Positions 9,193 through 18,131 of a DNA stretch of 64,000 bases are shown in pieces. Source of the DNA: an uncultured Thermotogaceae bacterium (lineage in GTDB: Bacteria > Thermotogota > Thermotogae > MWEM01); NCBI GenBank assembly GCA_964604305.1, contig CAZRYM010000005.1:7217-71216 (forward strand), in the 5' to 3' direction. Positions within the stretch are counted from its first letter, which is position 1, and every line of letters begins with the position of its first letter. The notes under the pieces are model-generated. The model saw nothing but the letters and a program-made list of their open reading frames with translations, did not search any database and was not told the DNA's origin. The position numbers and the translations under genes were made by a program.

Positions 9193-10470
9193 GTGGATTC
9201 AGCCATAGCAACAACTTCGAAACTTAATAACGGAATGGAAATATTTTCACATAAAATGAACGGAGTAAGATCCGTAAGTCTTTCGATTGCGGTAAAGGCG
9301 GGTTCTTCAAATGAACCTGCCGGAAGCTCCGGTGCTGCTCATTTTACAGAGCATATGGTTTTCAAAGGAACCAGGACCCGCTCTCCAATAGAATTAAAAG
9401 AGCCTATTGAAAGAGTTGGTGGAACGCTCAATGCTTTTACCGGTAAGGAAAATACCGTTTACTTTGCAAGGGTACCAGATTCAAAATCAAGGATAGCTCT
9501 GTCAATATTAAAGGATATATGCAGTGAGTCATTATTTCCACAGAAATTTTTTGACCTTGAAAAGCAGGTTGTTATCGAGGAAATTTCAGCTGCAGATGAT
9601 GATCCCGCTGATATTGTTTATGAACAATTTTTCAAAAATGTATGGGGAAAATGCAACTACGGGAATCCCGTTTTAGGTACACTTGACAGTATACAAGACA
9701 TTAACAGGCAAGATCTTCTTGATTTTTACAGAACCAAATATAATCCTTCCAATATGGTTTTTTCAGTAGCCGGAAATTTCCCGGTGGAACTTTTGGAAAG
9801 TTTTAATGACTTGGCCTATACTCAATCGGAAAGAGAAGTATCTTCTTTAATATACTCACCTGAACGTTCGATAACGGTTACTGAAAAGGAAGATCTAAAA
9901 CAGCTTCACATGTTGATTGGTATCGAAGCACCTTCAAGACAGGATCCGGATTTTAACGTTTTTCAAGTCTTGAATACACTTTTGGGTGGAGGAATGAGTT
10001 CAAAACTTTTCAATCGACTCCGGGAAGAATTAGGTTTGGTATACACAATAGATTCGGGATTAATAAGCTATCCGGAGGGAGGGCTTTTTTTCATTTACGC
10101 AGCAACGACACCTGAAAGGTTTTTAAAGCTCAAAGATGAACTGATGAAAGAACTTTTAAAGATCGTGAAAAACGGAATGAATGAACAGGATATCAATTAC
10201 GGAAAAGAAAGGTTGAAAGGAAAACTTCTTCTTTCAACGGAAAGCACCTATTCCACAATGATGAGAAACCTTGATACCGGCCTTGCCTTTGGTAGACCGC
10301 TGAGTGTAGAGGAAATGGTGGAAAGGATTAATGCAGTGGATATTTCCCGGATGGATAAGGTTATGGAAAAATACTTTTCACGAAAATGGATACTGAGTCT
10401 GGTGACTCCAAAAAAGATCCTGAAACAATCGTTAATCGATAACTGGGAGGAGAAGGGGATAACGATTTGA
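9193..10470 (+). CDS. M16 family zinc peptidase (insulinase-like; YmxG/MlpA-type), encoded directly after pnp
   Basis: Inverted zinc motif HFTEHMVFKGT (HxxEH). GTG 9193 is preferred (RBS AGGAAG 8 nt upstream) because ATG 9148 would overlap the pnp 3' end by 41 bp. The pnp-M16 peptidase order matches Bacillus pnp-ymxG. Confidence 0.8.
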   Translation: MDSAIATTSKLNNGMEIFSHKMNGVRSVSLSIAVKAGSSNEPAGSSGAAHFTEHMVFKGTRTRSPIELKEPIERVGGTLNAFTGKENTVYFARVPDSKSRIALSILKDICSESLFPQKFFDLEKQVVIEEISAADDDPADIVYEQFFKNVWGKCNYGNPVLGTLDSIQDINRQDLLDFYRTKYNPSNMVFSVAGNFPVELLESFNDLAYTQSEREVSSLIYSPERSITVTEKEDLKQLHMLIGIEAPSRQDPDFNVFQVLNTLLGGGMSSKLFNRLREELGLVYTIDSGLISYPEGGLFFIYAATTPERFLKLKDELMKELLKIVKNGMNEQDINYGKERLKGKLLLSTESTYSTMMRNLDTGLAFGRPLSVEEMVERINAVDISRMDKVMEKYFSRKWILSLVTPKKILKQSLIDNWEEKGITI

Positions 10471-11597
10471 AAATAATCTGGAAGCGAACAGAGGATTTAA
10501 AGGCAGGCGAAATATGTGGCGATGATGTATTCGATCCCAACAGCTTTGTTTTGCTTGCTCATAAATCCAGTATTCTGGATTCAAAAACAATCAAATATCT
10601 TCAGAGAAGGGAAGTAGAGTGGGTTCCAGTAAGAATCCAAGATGGCGGAGAAAAAGAAGAAAACATCATACTGGAGCTTGAGGACGAATATTCCAAAGAA
10701 GCCAAAGCCATTCTCTCACCAGAACTCCCCTTAATCGTTTCTGATGAAAAATACCATGAATCCATTGCCCGCTTTGAAACCGTTACGAAAACTTTTCTAA
10801 AAACAAACTCCTTTCAAAAAGAAGAAGTTGTTAATCTTAGTAATGAATTGGTGAATGAAGTGCTTAAGAGTAATTCCAGCGTTTTTAATTTCATGACGGA
10901 CATCGCCCCGGGGTTTATCATCAAACATGGAATTAACACTGCAATTCTTGCTTGTGTTCTTGGAAAGGCTTTAAATAAGTCAAGGCATGTCCTATTTAAA
11001 TTAACTAAGGTTGCTTTATTACATGATATCGGCTTAATTTACGCCGGGAAAGAAAAATCCCTGGATTATGTTGAAGATATATTTCAACAATACAAACACG
11101 GCGCATTGAACAGGGTAAAGATACATCCTGTTATTGGGGTGAAAATCATCAATAAAGTAGCCCCTGGATTTCTGGAGAAAGATGAAGAAGACGCCCTGAT
11201 CGAACATCATGAACGTTATGATGGCAATGGCTTTCCCATGGGGGCAAAGGGTGAAAAAATTAACGAAATATCTCGTTTGATGGCCATTCCCGATGCTTAC
11301 GATACCTTGATTACAAAGGTGGGAGGGAAATCCACTATGGATCCATATACCGCATTGAAATGGATAGTATCCAATTCAGGAATATTGTTCGACCCAACTT
11401 TTGTGAAGACCTTTGTCCAATTGACCGGTATTTACCCTACCGGAACCCATGTCAGATTAAGTAACGGAACCAGGGGAACAGTTATATCAAAAGGAGGGAA
11501 GGCGATAGGGCGTCCGATTTTACTGGTTGAAGATGAAGAAATCTCTTTAAGCGATAAAACAGATTTATTCATTACCGAGGTGCTTGGTGTTGATTAA
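10467..11597 (+). CDS. HD-GYP domain protein (putative c-di-GMP phosphodiesterase) with N-terminal ~90 aa domain; GYP motif variant GFP
   Basis: LLHDIGLIY (HD) and HHERYDGNGFPMG (HD-GYP signature with Y->F). The TTG start overlaps the stop of the upstream peptidase gene. Confidence 0.8.
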   Translation: MKIIWKRTEDLKAGEICGDDVFDPNSFVLLAHKSSILDSKTIKYLQRREVEWVPVRIQDGGEKEENIILELEDEYSKEAKAILSPELPLIVSDEKYHESIARFETVTKTFLKTNSFQKEEVVNLSNELVNEVLKSNSSVFNFMTDIAPGFIIKHGINTAILACVLGKALNKSRHVLFKLTKVALLHDIGLIYAGKEKSLDYVEDIFQQYKHGALNRVKIHPVIGVKIINKVAPGFLEKDEEDALIEHHERYDGNGFPMGAKGEKINEISRLMAIPDAYDTLITKVGGKSTMDPYTALKWIVSNSGILFDPTFVKTFVQLTGIYPTGTHVRLSNGTRGTVISKGGKAIGRPILLVEDEEISLSDKTDLFITEVLGVD

Positions 11598-12666
11598 ATG
11601 GAAGCAGGTCAATACATTAAGAGACGGGGATATTTGTTCCGAAACGATTATGGGAAACAACCATGATGATGTTGTCATAGAAAATGGGGAAAAGATTACT
11701 TTTAAAACAATTCAGAAGCTTCATAACAGAGGTATAGACTGGATTTCTGTTTATGAAGAAGATGAAAATGATACTCCCCTCAACGATCTCTTTACAGAAG
11801 AAAAACTCGAAAAATTTTCATCCGAATTATCTCAGGTTTGTGAAGAGACTTTGAGAGAGGGAAGAATAAATATCGGAAAGACCAAGCAGATCAGTGACGA
11901 GATTAACAAAGAAATTATTGAAGAATATGGGGAATACGTAGTCCCTTCTCTGGTAAAGTTAAAGAATATGGATGATTATACCTTTACCCACCAAGTAAAT
12001 GTTGCTATCATTTCCACTATACTTGCTACTGAGAAATATGGTAAAAAAAAGGAAATCATAGAAAAATTCACCATGGGTGGTTTATTGCACGATATGGGGA
12101 AATTGTGGATTCCCGGTGAAATACTGCAAAGTAATGAACGTTTAAAATCCTTTGAATATGATATTATCAAAAAACATCCGGAATACGGGCATAAGATCGC
12201 TTTGTTGTCTGGGGTGGATAATGAATCGATATTGAACGCTATTAAGTGTCATCACGAGAGATGGGATGGAAAGGGTTATTTGGAGGGTTTAAACGGTCTA
12301 AATATCCCTTTAGAGGGTAGGCTTTTAATGGTTGCTGATGTATTTGACGCCTTAACAACTAAACGCCCTTACAAAGATGCATGGGAGCCTTATGAAGCAG
12401 TTAGTTTTATCGTAAAGCAATCCAAGAAGATGTTCGATCCTGAAATTGTCCGACTATTTTTAATAGCGTTTGGACTTTATCCCATTAACACGAAAGTGAT
12501 TTTGACCACAGAAGAACTGGCAATAGTGGTAGGTAACAAAAGGGGTTCTATAACCAGACCCATTGTAAAAGTAATTAGGAATGATCAGGAAATAGAGATT
12601 GATTTATCAAAAGAAGAGAAAGTTAGTATTAAAAAGGTCATAAAAATAAGAATGCTGAACAATTAA
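11584..12666 (+). CDS. HD-GYP domain protein, tandem paralogue; GYP motif variant GYL
   Basis: LLHDMGKLWIP and HHERWDGKGYLEG. The N-terminal (W..V..L.DG-IC...) and C-terminal segments are collinear with the upstream paralogue. It overlaps the previous gene by 14 bp. Confidence 0.8.
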   Translation: MVLIKWKQVNTLRDGDICSETIMGNNHDDVVIENGEKITFKTIQKLHNRGIDWISVYEEDENDTPLNDLFTEEKLEKFSSELSQVCEETLREGRINIGKTKQISDEINKEIIEEYGEYVVPSLVKLKNMDDYTFTHQVNVAIISTILATEKYGKKKEIIEKFTMGGLLHDMGKLWIPGEILQSNERLKSFEYDIIKKHPEYGHKIALLSGVDNESILNAIKCHHERWDGKGYLEGLNGLNIPLEGRLLMVADVFDALTTKRPYKDAWEPYEAVSFIVKQSKKMFDPEIVRLFLIAFGLYPINTKVILTTEELAIVVGNKRGSITRPIVKVIRNDQEIEIDLSKEEKVSIKKVIKIRMLNN

Positions 12667-12674
12667 TAACCGGG

Positions 12675-13937
12675 GTGATCGCTATTTTTCCCGATATGAA
12701 TTCTCAGGAACTTGTACCTGGCCTTTTTTTACCCGATTATTCTAAAAGGTCGATCGTGAATCTGTCAAATTTTATCTTAAAATTCTTTAGCTGTTCTACT
12801 CCATATCCTCCCTTGGAAATAATGGATAAAATCAGATTTCCCGAAAAGAAAAAAAAGGTCGTGTTGTTTGTAATCGATGCCATTGGAAGGGATAATCTTC
12901 AAATGGCTGCTGAACAATCTGCATCATTAAAGAATGACTTACTCATATATGAAAAGGAAGTATTAACGAGTGTTTTTCCATCAACTACTACCGCAGCCCT
13001 CACCTCTTACAGCACTGCTCTTCCTCCGTTGGAACACGGTATGTTGGGGTATACACTGTTTCTATCTGATTATTCCTCTCTTGTAAACATGATTTTGTTA
13101 ACTCCTCCGGAATTTGAAAGGGATTCGCTGATCCAATGTGGACTAAACCCTATGAAATTCTTAACAACACCGACGATTTTTGAAATCCTTCAAGAAAAGG
13201 GTGTCAAATGCTGGACAATTACCTCAGACTTGTTTGTGGAGTCAGGTTTAACAAAAATGCATCATAAAGGTTCTGCAAAGCGATCCTATGCAGGTATGTT
13301 GGAAATGTTTTATCAACTGTTAAAAACAATTGAAGAAGAGGATTCCAAGACATTTATCTTTATGTACTGGGGTTTGACCGATACCCATGGTCATCATTAT
13401 GGAACAAATTCAAGGCCTTATCAGGGAGGAATTGAGTATCTTTTCAGAATGCTTCGACAGGAAGTTATTGATAGAATGAATAAACAGCAGATTGATGAAA
13501 CCCTGTTCCTTGTCAGCTCAGACCACGGACAAATCGATACAACCTGGCAGGATGAGGAATGGATAACCTCAGAAGACGAACTTTTTGAACACTACATTCA
13601 TCCGCCTATGTCCGGTGAGCCTCGAGCTGTTTATTTCAACGTTAAAGACCCGGATGGTTTTACAAACTATTTCAACAGACGTTTCTCAAAGCGATTTCAT
13701 CTGATTGAAAAAAAACATGCCATAGAGAGCAATCTTTTTTCCAACACCGCTTTACCAATCAGTGTTCAGGAGAGAGGGTTTAAGGAGAATCATTCACGTA
13801 TTGGAGACTTCATAGCCATTGCTAAAAACAGGTATTCCCTGCATTTTAAGCATCATGGCAAATCGTATACCTTAAAGGGTAAACATGGTTCATTGACATC
13901 AGAGGAACTGCTGGTACCTCTGTTAATATATTCATAG
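12675..13937 (+). CDS. Alkaline-phosphatase-superfamily protein, type I phosphodiesterase/nucleotide pyrophosphatase (NPP)-like
   Basis: VVLFVIDAIGRDNL (metal-ligand Asp region), SSDHGQ, and HGSLTSEELLVPL at the C-terminus are typical of the NPP/AP core. The exact start (GTG 12675 vs ATG 12696) is uncertain. Confidence 0.6.
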   Translation: MIAIFPDMNSQELVPGLFLPDYSKRSIVNLSNFILKFFSCSTPYPPLEIMDKIRFPEKKKKVVLFVIDAIGRDNLQMAAEQSASLKNDLLIYEKEVLTSVFPSTTTAALTSYSTALPPLEHGMLGYTLFLSDYSSLVNMILLTPPEFERDSLIQCGLNPMKFLTTPTIFEILQEKGVKCWTITSDLFVESGLTKMHHKGSAKRSYAGMLEMFYQLLKTIEEEDSKTFIFMYWGLTDTHGHHYGTNSRPYQGGIEYLFRMLRQEVIDRMNKQQIDETLFLVSSDHGQIDTTWQDEEWITSEDELFEHYIHPPMSGEPRAVYFNVKDPDGFTNYFNRRFSKRFHLIEKKHAIESNLFSNTALPISVQERGFKENHSRIGDFIAIAKNRYSLHFKHHGKSYTLKGKHGSLTSEELLVPLLIYS

Positions 13938-13981
13938 ATTCAATCAGTTACAATTTTTGTCGCAGCAAAGGATATGATAGC

Positions 13982-14785
13982 ATGTCATCAAAAATTTGTG
14001 TTGTTTTACTAAAGGATTTTGCGCTGTTAGGGAGGAAAGGAGAGCTTCTTGAAATTGAAAGTGATTATGCCAGATCATACCTCCTTCCGAAGGGAATTGT
14101 AAAACAAATAACCGATAAAAATACCGTGATCAGGTTAAAAGAGAAAATAAAAGATCAAAAGAAAGAGAAACAGACTTCTTTGTCTGAGACATCGAAGGCT
14201 TTATTATATAAATATAACGATCCTTCTGCTGGCTCAGAAAGGCAATCCGTATTGGGGAAATTGCCCCCGATGAAATTCAGGGTACATTTCAAGAATTCTC
14301 ATACAGAGAAGATGAGTTGGGAATGGTATCCCGCTTACAAATTGAACAGGCTCCCGGCAGGTTACAGATTTGTTATTCTCACACACAAAGGGAGGCAATA
14401 CCTTGGAACATTTCATTATCTTCAACAATTGTTAATCAGAAGGGTGCACTCTCCCTTGATTATCGACGGATCGAATTTGGGCTGGGTAAAAGGGAAACCG
14501 GCGATGGATCCTATATTTGACCTTTATGAGTACATTGCAGATAAATCTGAAAAGTTTTTCTTTCCTTTCATCTGGGCATTTGACAAATCTTTTAAAAGGA
14601 AATTGCCAAAAACAGAAAGAAGGGAATTAACTGAATTTTGTGCATGGTCAGGGACAAAAGTGGTAGATTACGCAGATGAAGAGATTTTTAAATTAGCAAA
14701 ACGATATCACACAAAATATATTTTCTCTCAAGATCATTTTAAACAGTACCATACAGAGTATTATACAAGGATCACTTACAGATAA
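13982..14785 (+). CDS. Fusion protein: ribosomal protein L9 N-terminal domain + Regnase/Zc3h12a-like NYN ribonuclease domain
   Basis: aa 1-45 (MSSKICVVLLKDFALLGRKGELLEIESDYARSYLLPKGIV) matches the L9 N-domain (VILLKDVKGLGKKGE..EV.DGYARNFL.PKG). A K/E-rich helix follows. The C-terminal half has IIDGSNLGW and DYADEEIFKLAKRYHTKYIFSQDHF, which resemble Regnase-1 VIDGSNVAM and DDRFIVKLA...VSNDTYRDL. Confidence 0.6.
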   Translation: MSSKICVVLLKDFALLGRKGELLEIESDYARSYLLPKGIVKQITDKNTVIRLKEKIKDQKKEKQTSLSETSKALLYKYNDPSAGSERQSVLGKLPPMKFRVHFKNSHTEKMSWEWYPAYKLNRLPAGYRFVILTHKGRQYLGTFHYLQQLLIRRVHSPLIIDGSNLGWVKGKPAMDPIFDLYEYIADKSEKFFFPFIWAFDKSFKRKLPKTERRELTEFCAWSGTKVVDYADEEIFKLAKRYHTKYIFSQDHFKQYHTEYYTRITYR

Positions 14786-14805
14786 ACAAGTTGAGGGGTG
14801 TAAGA

Positions 14806-15975
14806 ATGGAACAGATAGAAGACTTAAAATTGGAAAATGAAACTTTAAAGAAAAGAATAGAGATTTTGGAAAGGGAGTTAACTGAACAGGATATTTTGAA
14901 GTTTCAGTGGGCCGGTAGTCTTGGAAGATGGGAATTGAATCTGAAGACAAAAAAGGTAAAATTCAATCCATTGAAAATCCAGACTTTGGGATACGAACCA
15001 GGAGAAATCGATCCGGATATGTATGGTTTTGTGAATATGATTCACAAAGACGATTACGATACCGCCATGCAGGCTATGAGAGAACATATTGCGGGAAAGG
15101 TTCCCGTTTACGAAACAGAATACAGGATAAAAACAAAGACAGGCGAATTTAAAACCTTTTATGACAGGGGGAAGATAATCAAAAAGGACGAAGCCGGACA
15201 TCCTGAATTGGTTGCAGGGATTGTTTTTGATATAACGGAGAGAAGGAAGATGGAAGAGAAGCTGAAAGAGACGGTTTCTCAACTGAAAAAGGAAAATGAG
15301 CTCACCAATCAAATCCTGTCTATTATTTCACATGATCTCAGGGGGACAATAGGTGCCATCTCTTCATTAATCGACCTTTTTCTAAACGAGGAATATCAGT
15401 TATCCTCCTCTGAAAAAGAACGTTTTCTTTATGACATCAATATATCTGCGAAGTCTTCATTGTCAATATTGGAAAATCTTCTGAATTGGTCAAGAAACGT
15501 AAAAGGAAGTATTAAAGCGGATTTTACCGCATTCAACCTGACTGAAGTTGTGAATGATATAGTGAGTTTTAACAGGAGTATTTTCAGTTCAAAAAACATT
15601 ACCATAACGAATAACATTAAAGAGAAGATCTACGTCAAAGGTGATAGCGATATGATTCATACCGTTGTTAGAAATCTGATCTCCAACGCCTTAAAATATA
15701 CCAAAAGAAACGGGGAAATTAGCATTGATCATACAAAAGATCACGAAAAATGTTTTTTGATTATCAAAGATAACGGAGTTGGAATGGATGAAAGTAGATT
15801 AAAGGAAATTAACAGGAACAAGGTAAAATCAAAAGAAGGAACTGAAGGAGAAACCGGAACGGGTCTGGGACTTTCACTTGTGAGAGAGTTTTTGGAGAAA
15901 AACAACGGGATTATGGAAATAGAAAGTAAAAAAGGGGTAGGTACTACAATTAAAATCGGGTTACCAGAAGCATAA
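14806..15975 (+). CDS. Cytoplasmic PAS-domain sensor histidine kinase (orphan, no adjacent response regulator)
   Basis: Coiled-coil N-terminus, PAS domain, H-box SHDLRGTIGAI, N box NLISNALKYT, G boxes DNGVGMD and GTGLGLSLV. No TM segments. ATG 14806 is preferred (RBS GAGGGGTG). Confidence 0.85.
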   Translation: MEQIEDLKLENETLKKRIEILERELTEQDILKFQWAGSLGRWELNLKTKKVKFNPLKIQTLGYEPGEIDPDMYGFVNMIHKDDYDTAMQAMREHIAGKVPVYETEYRIKTKTGEFKTFYDRGKIIKKDEAGHPELVAGIVFDITERRKMEEKLKETVSQLKKENELTNQILSIISHDLRGTIGAISSLIDLFLNEEYQLSSSEKERFLYDINISAKSSLSILENLLNWSRNVKGSIKADFTAFNLTEVVNDIVSFNRSIFSSKNITITNNIKEKIYVKGDSDMIHTVVRNLISNALKYTKRNGEISIDHTKDHEKCFLIIKDNGVGMDESRLKEINRNKVKSKEGTEGETGTGLGLSLVREFLEKNNGIMEIESKKGVGTTIKIGLPEA

Positions 15976-16429
15976 AAAAATAGGCACAGCAATTGAAGAC
16001 TTAAAAATTCACTGAAGAAAGCGTTAGAATAAGATGTTTTTTAAAAGTGTTAATGGAGTTTGAATAGAAAGTACACGCTGTACCTATTTATAAAAAAACT
16101 AAAAATCTCGAAATTACATATAATTTATTCATCAGATAAATCAATCGCGCAAACATAATAAAGCAATAATACCATACGATTCTGCTTGCTATTTCATTCA
16201 TTTTTTACTTTAATCATCTCGATAACTATACAACAAATAATTCGGTTTGTCAAGTATTATTTTTTAATTTTTATTGTCAGTTTGGTTTAATTTATCTCAG
16301 CCGATCTTCTTTAGACAAAATCAGCTTTCTCTCAAGCGCAGATTAAAGGGTAATTTAGCAACATAACAAAAATAATGGATTTAATAAAGGTAAAGAATTC
16401 AAAAGCCCTTTATCTACTTGTGTTCTTAA

Positions 16430-16459
16430 TTGTACAATTTTTTTATTTAGTAGTATAAT
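16430..16459 (+). promoter_or_regulatory. Sigma-A-type promoter upstream of MFS transporter gene
   Basis: TTGTAC, an 18-nt spacer, then TATAAT. It sits about 35 nt upstream of the RBS AAAAGGAG. Confidence 0.4.
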
Positions 16460-16494
16460 TCAACAAGTAAAACGAAAAAGGAGCGACCGATCCG

Positions 16495-17880
16495 GTGATA
16501 GAATCCGATATTAAAAAGGCATTAAAATTATCGCTGATTGAAGGTGCAGGAGCTTCAGTCTTCTTAATTTTAATTCAAGGATTTATCTTTACAAAAATAG
16601 CACTTGAATTTGGTGTTGATGAACTTTTATTGGGTTTTTTAATGGGGATTCAACTGTTGAGCCAAGTTTTTCAAATCTTCGTTCCAATGATCATCAATCG
16701 CCTTCAAAAGAGGAAACCTTTTGTGATATTCTTTATTGCGTTATCAAGAGCTTTTTGGCCGCTTTTGCTGATTATGTCACTTTTGGGGTGGGCTAATCAG
16801 GAAGTCTTTATCACCATTATTTCACTAAGTTTTATATTTGGTGCCTTTGCAGGAAATGCCTGGACCTCTTGGATGAGAGATCTTATTCCGGATAGCAAAA
16901 TGGGATCATTTTTTGGTCTTCGTAACCTCATCAACACGGTTGTCAGTTTGATATTTACTTGGATTTTTTCAAGAATTCTTGAAAATAACCCCGATATTCA
17001 CGGAGTAAGAATCGTCATCCTGATCGGTTTTATTTGTGCTATATGGAGTATCTTCTTTTTATCCAAACAGTATGATCCGCCATTAAAAGATTCAAAATCC
17101 GGTAATCTTTTTAAGTATATTGTTTCTGATAAAAACAATATACGATTAATGGTTTTTGGCGGATTCTGGAATTTTGCAGTCTTATTCACTGCTCCTTTTT
17201 TTTCTTATCATCAAATTCAGAATCTGAATATGAGTTTTTCGTTTTTGGGATATCTGTCCATCACATTCAGCGGCGTCATGATATTGTCGGTTATTTTATG
17301 GGGGAAACTTGCCGATAAAATCGGACACAAGAATATATTAAGAATTGGTGTTGCTTTGGCTTCAGTCGTATCAATCATGTGGTTTTTTATGGCACCACAA
17401 AATTTGCATGTATTAATGTGGGTTGATGCCTTTTTAGCTGGTACAGCCTGGTCTGCAATCAACCTGTCTATTTTTACTCTTCCTCTCATTATAGGAGGAA
17501 GGTCGGCAGCAGTGGTATACGGATTTTTTTCTGCTTTCAACGGTGTTTTTGGTTTTTTGGGCTCAGTATTAGGAGGAGTGGCGGCTAAATATTTATCAGG
17601 TTATTCTTTCACACTCTTTGAATTGGATATGAACGGCCTTCAAATCATGTTCCTCTTTGGCGGTATAATGCGGTTATTTTCGCTCTACTTTCTAAATAAG
17701 ATAAACGTTTCCGGACATATCAGACTACGTACTGTCTTAGGACAAAGGGTTGTTAATATAAACAGAAGATTATCAAGAGACTTTTTTGAACCTATGCCCA
17801 GGTATATGTATCTGAAATCATTAGAGGTAGTCTCCCCCAAAAAGGCATCCAGAATCAAAAAAGAAATTTCATTGTTATAA
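16495..17880 (+). CDS. Major facilitator superfamily transporter
   Basis: 461 aa with about 12 predicted hydrophobic TM segments. MFS-like loop RNLINT between TM2 and TM3. GTG start. Confidence 0.7.
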   Translation: MIESDIKKALKLSLIEGAGASVFLILIQGFIFTKIALEFGVDELLLGFLMGIQLLSQVFQIFVPMIINRLQKRKPFVIFFIALSRAFWPLLLIMSLLGWANQEVFITIISLSFIFGAFAGNAWTSWMRDLIPDSKMGSFFGLRNLINTVVSLIFTWIFSRILENNPDIHGVRIVILIGFICAIWSIFFLSKQYDPPLKDSKSGNLFKYIVSDKNNIRLMVFGGFWNFAVLFTAPFFSYHQIQNLNMSFSFLGYLSITFSGVMILSVILWGKLADKIGHKNILRIGVALASVVSIMWFFMAPQNLHVLMWVDAFLAGTAWSAINLSIFTLPLIIGGRSAAVVYGFFSAFNGVFGFLGSVLGGVAAKYLSGYSFTLFELDMNGLQIMFLFGGIMRLFSLYFLNKINVSGHIRLRTVLGQRVVNINRRLSRDFFEPMPRYMYLKSLEVVSPKKASRIKKEISLL

Positions 17881-17884
17881 GCAT

Positions 17885-17923
17885 AAAAAAAGAGAGGGCT
17901 ATTTAAAGCCCTCTCTTTTTTTG
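17885..17923. terminator. Bidirectional rho-independent terminator (A-run / 9-bp GC-rich stem / T-run)
   Basis: AAAAAA AGAGAGGGC tatttaaa GCCCTCTCT TTTTTTT. It serves the MFS gene on the + strand and the minus-strand small-ORF/GGDEF unit. Confidence 0.75.
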
Positions 17924-17935
17924 GTTATATTAATA

Positions 17936-18046
17936 CTAAAATCTTTCAGAGAACCAATATGTCATATCTCTTGCTCGCTCTATACCTTCAACAATCATAT
18001 CTTCTTTTACTAAATTCTTCTTTAAAAAATTTCTTTTATTTTTCAT
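17936..18046 (-). CDS. Small ORF (36 aa) MKNKRNFLKKNLVKEDMIVEGIERARDMTYWFSERF with strong SD; paralogue of 18132..18242
   Basis: I translated this by hand because it is below the ORF-track size cutoff. SD AAGGAGTGA lies 8 nt upstream of the ATG. It ends right at the bidirectional terminator. Confidence 0.35.
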   Translation of the reverse strand: MKNKRNFLKKNLVKEDMIVEGIERARDMTYWFSERF

Positions 18047-18131
18047 TTTGATCACTCCTTATTTAGGTTTAAGTTTTCTTTCTCAGTGTATCAAACACAA
18101 AAGTTAAAATTCTTAAATGATAGTTTGGTTA

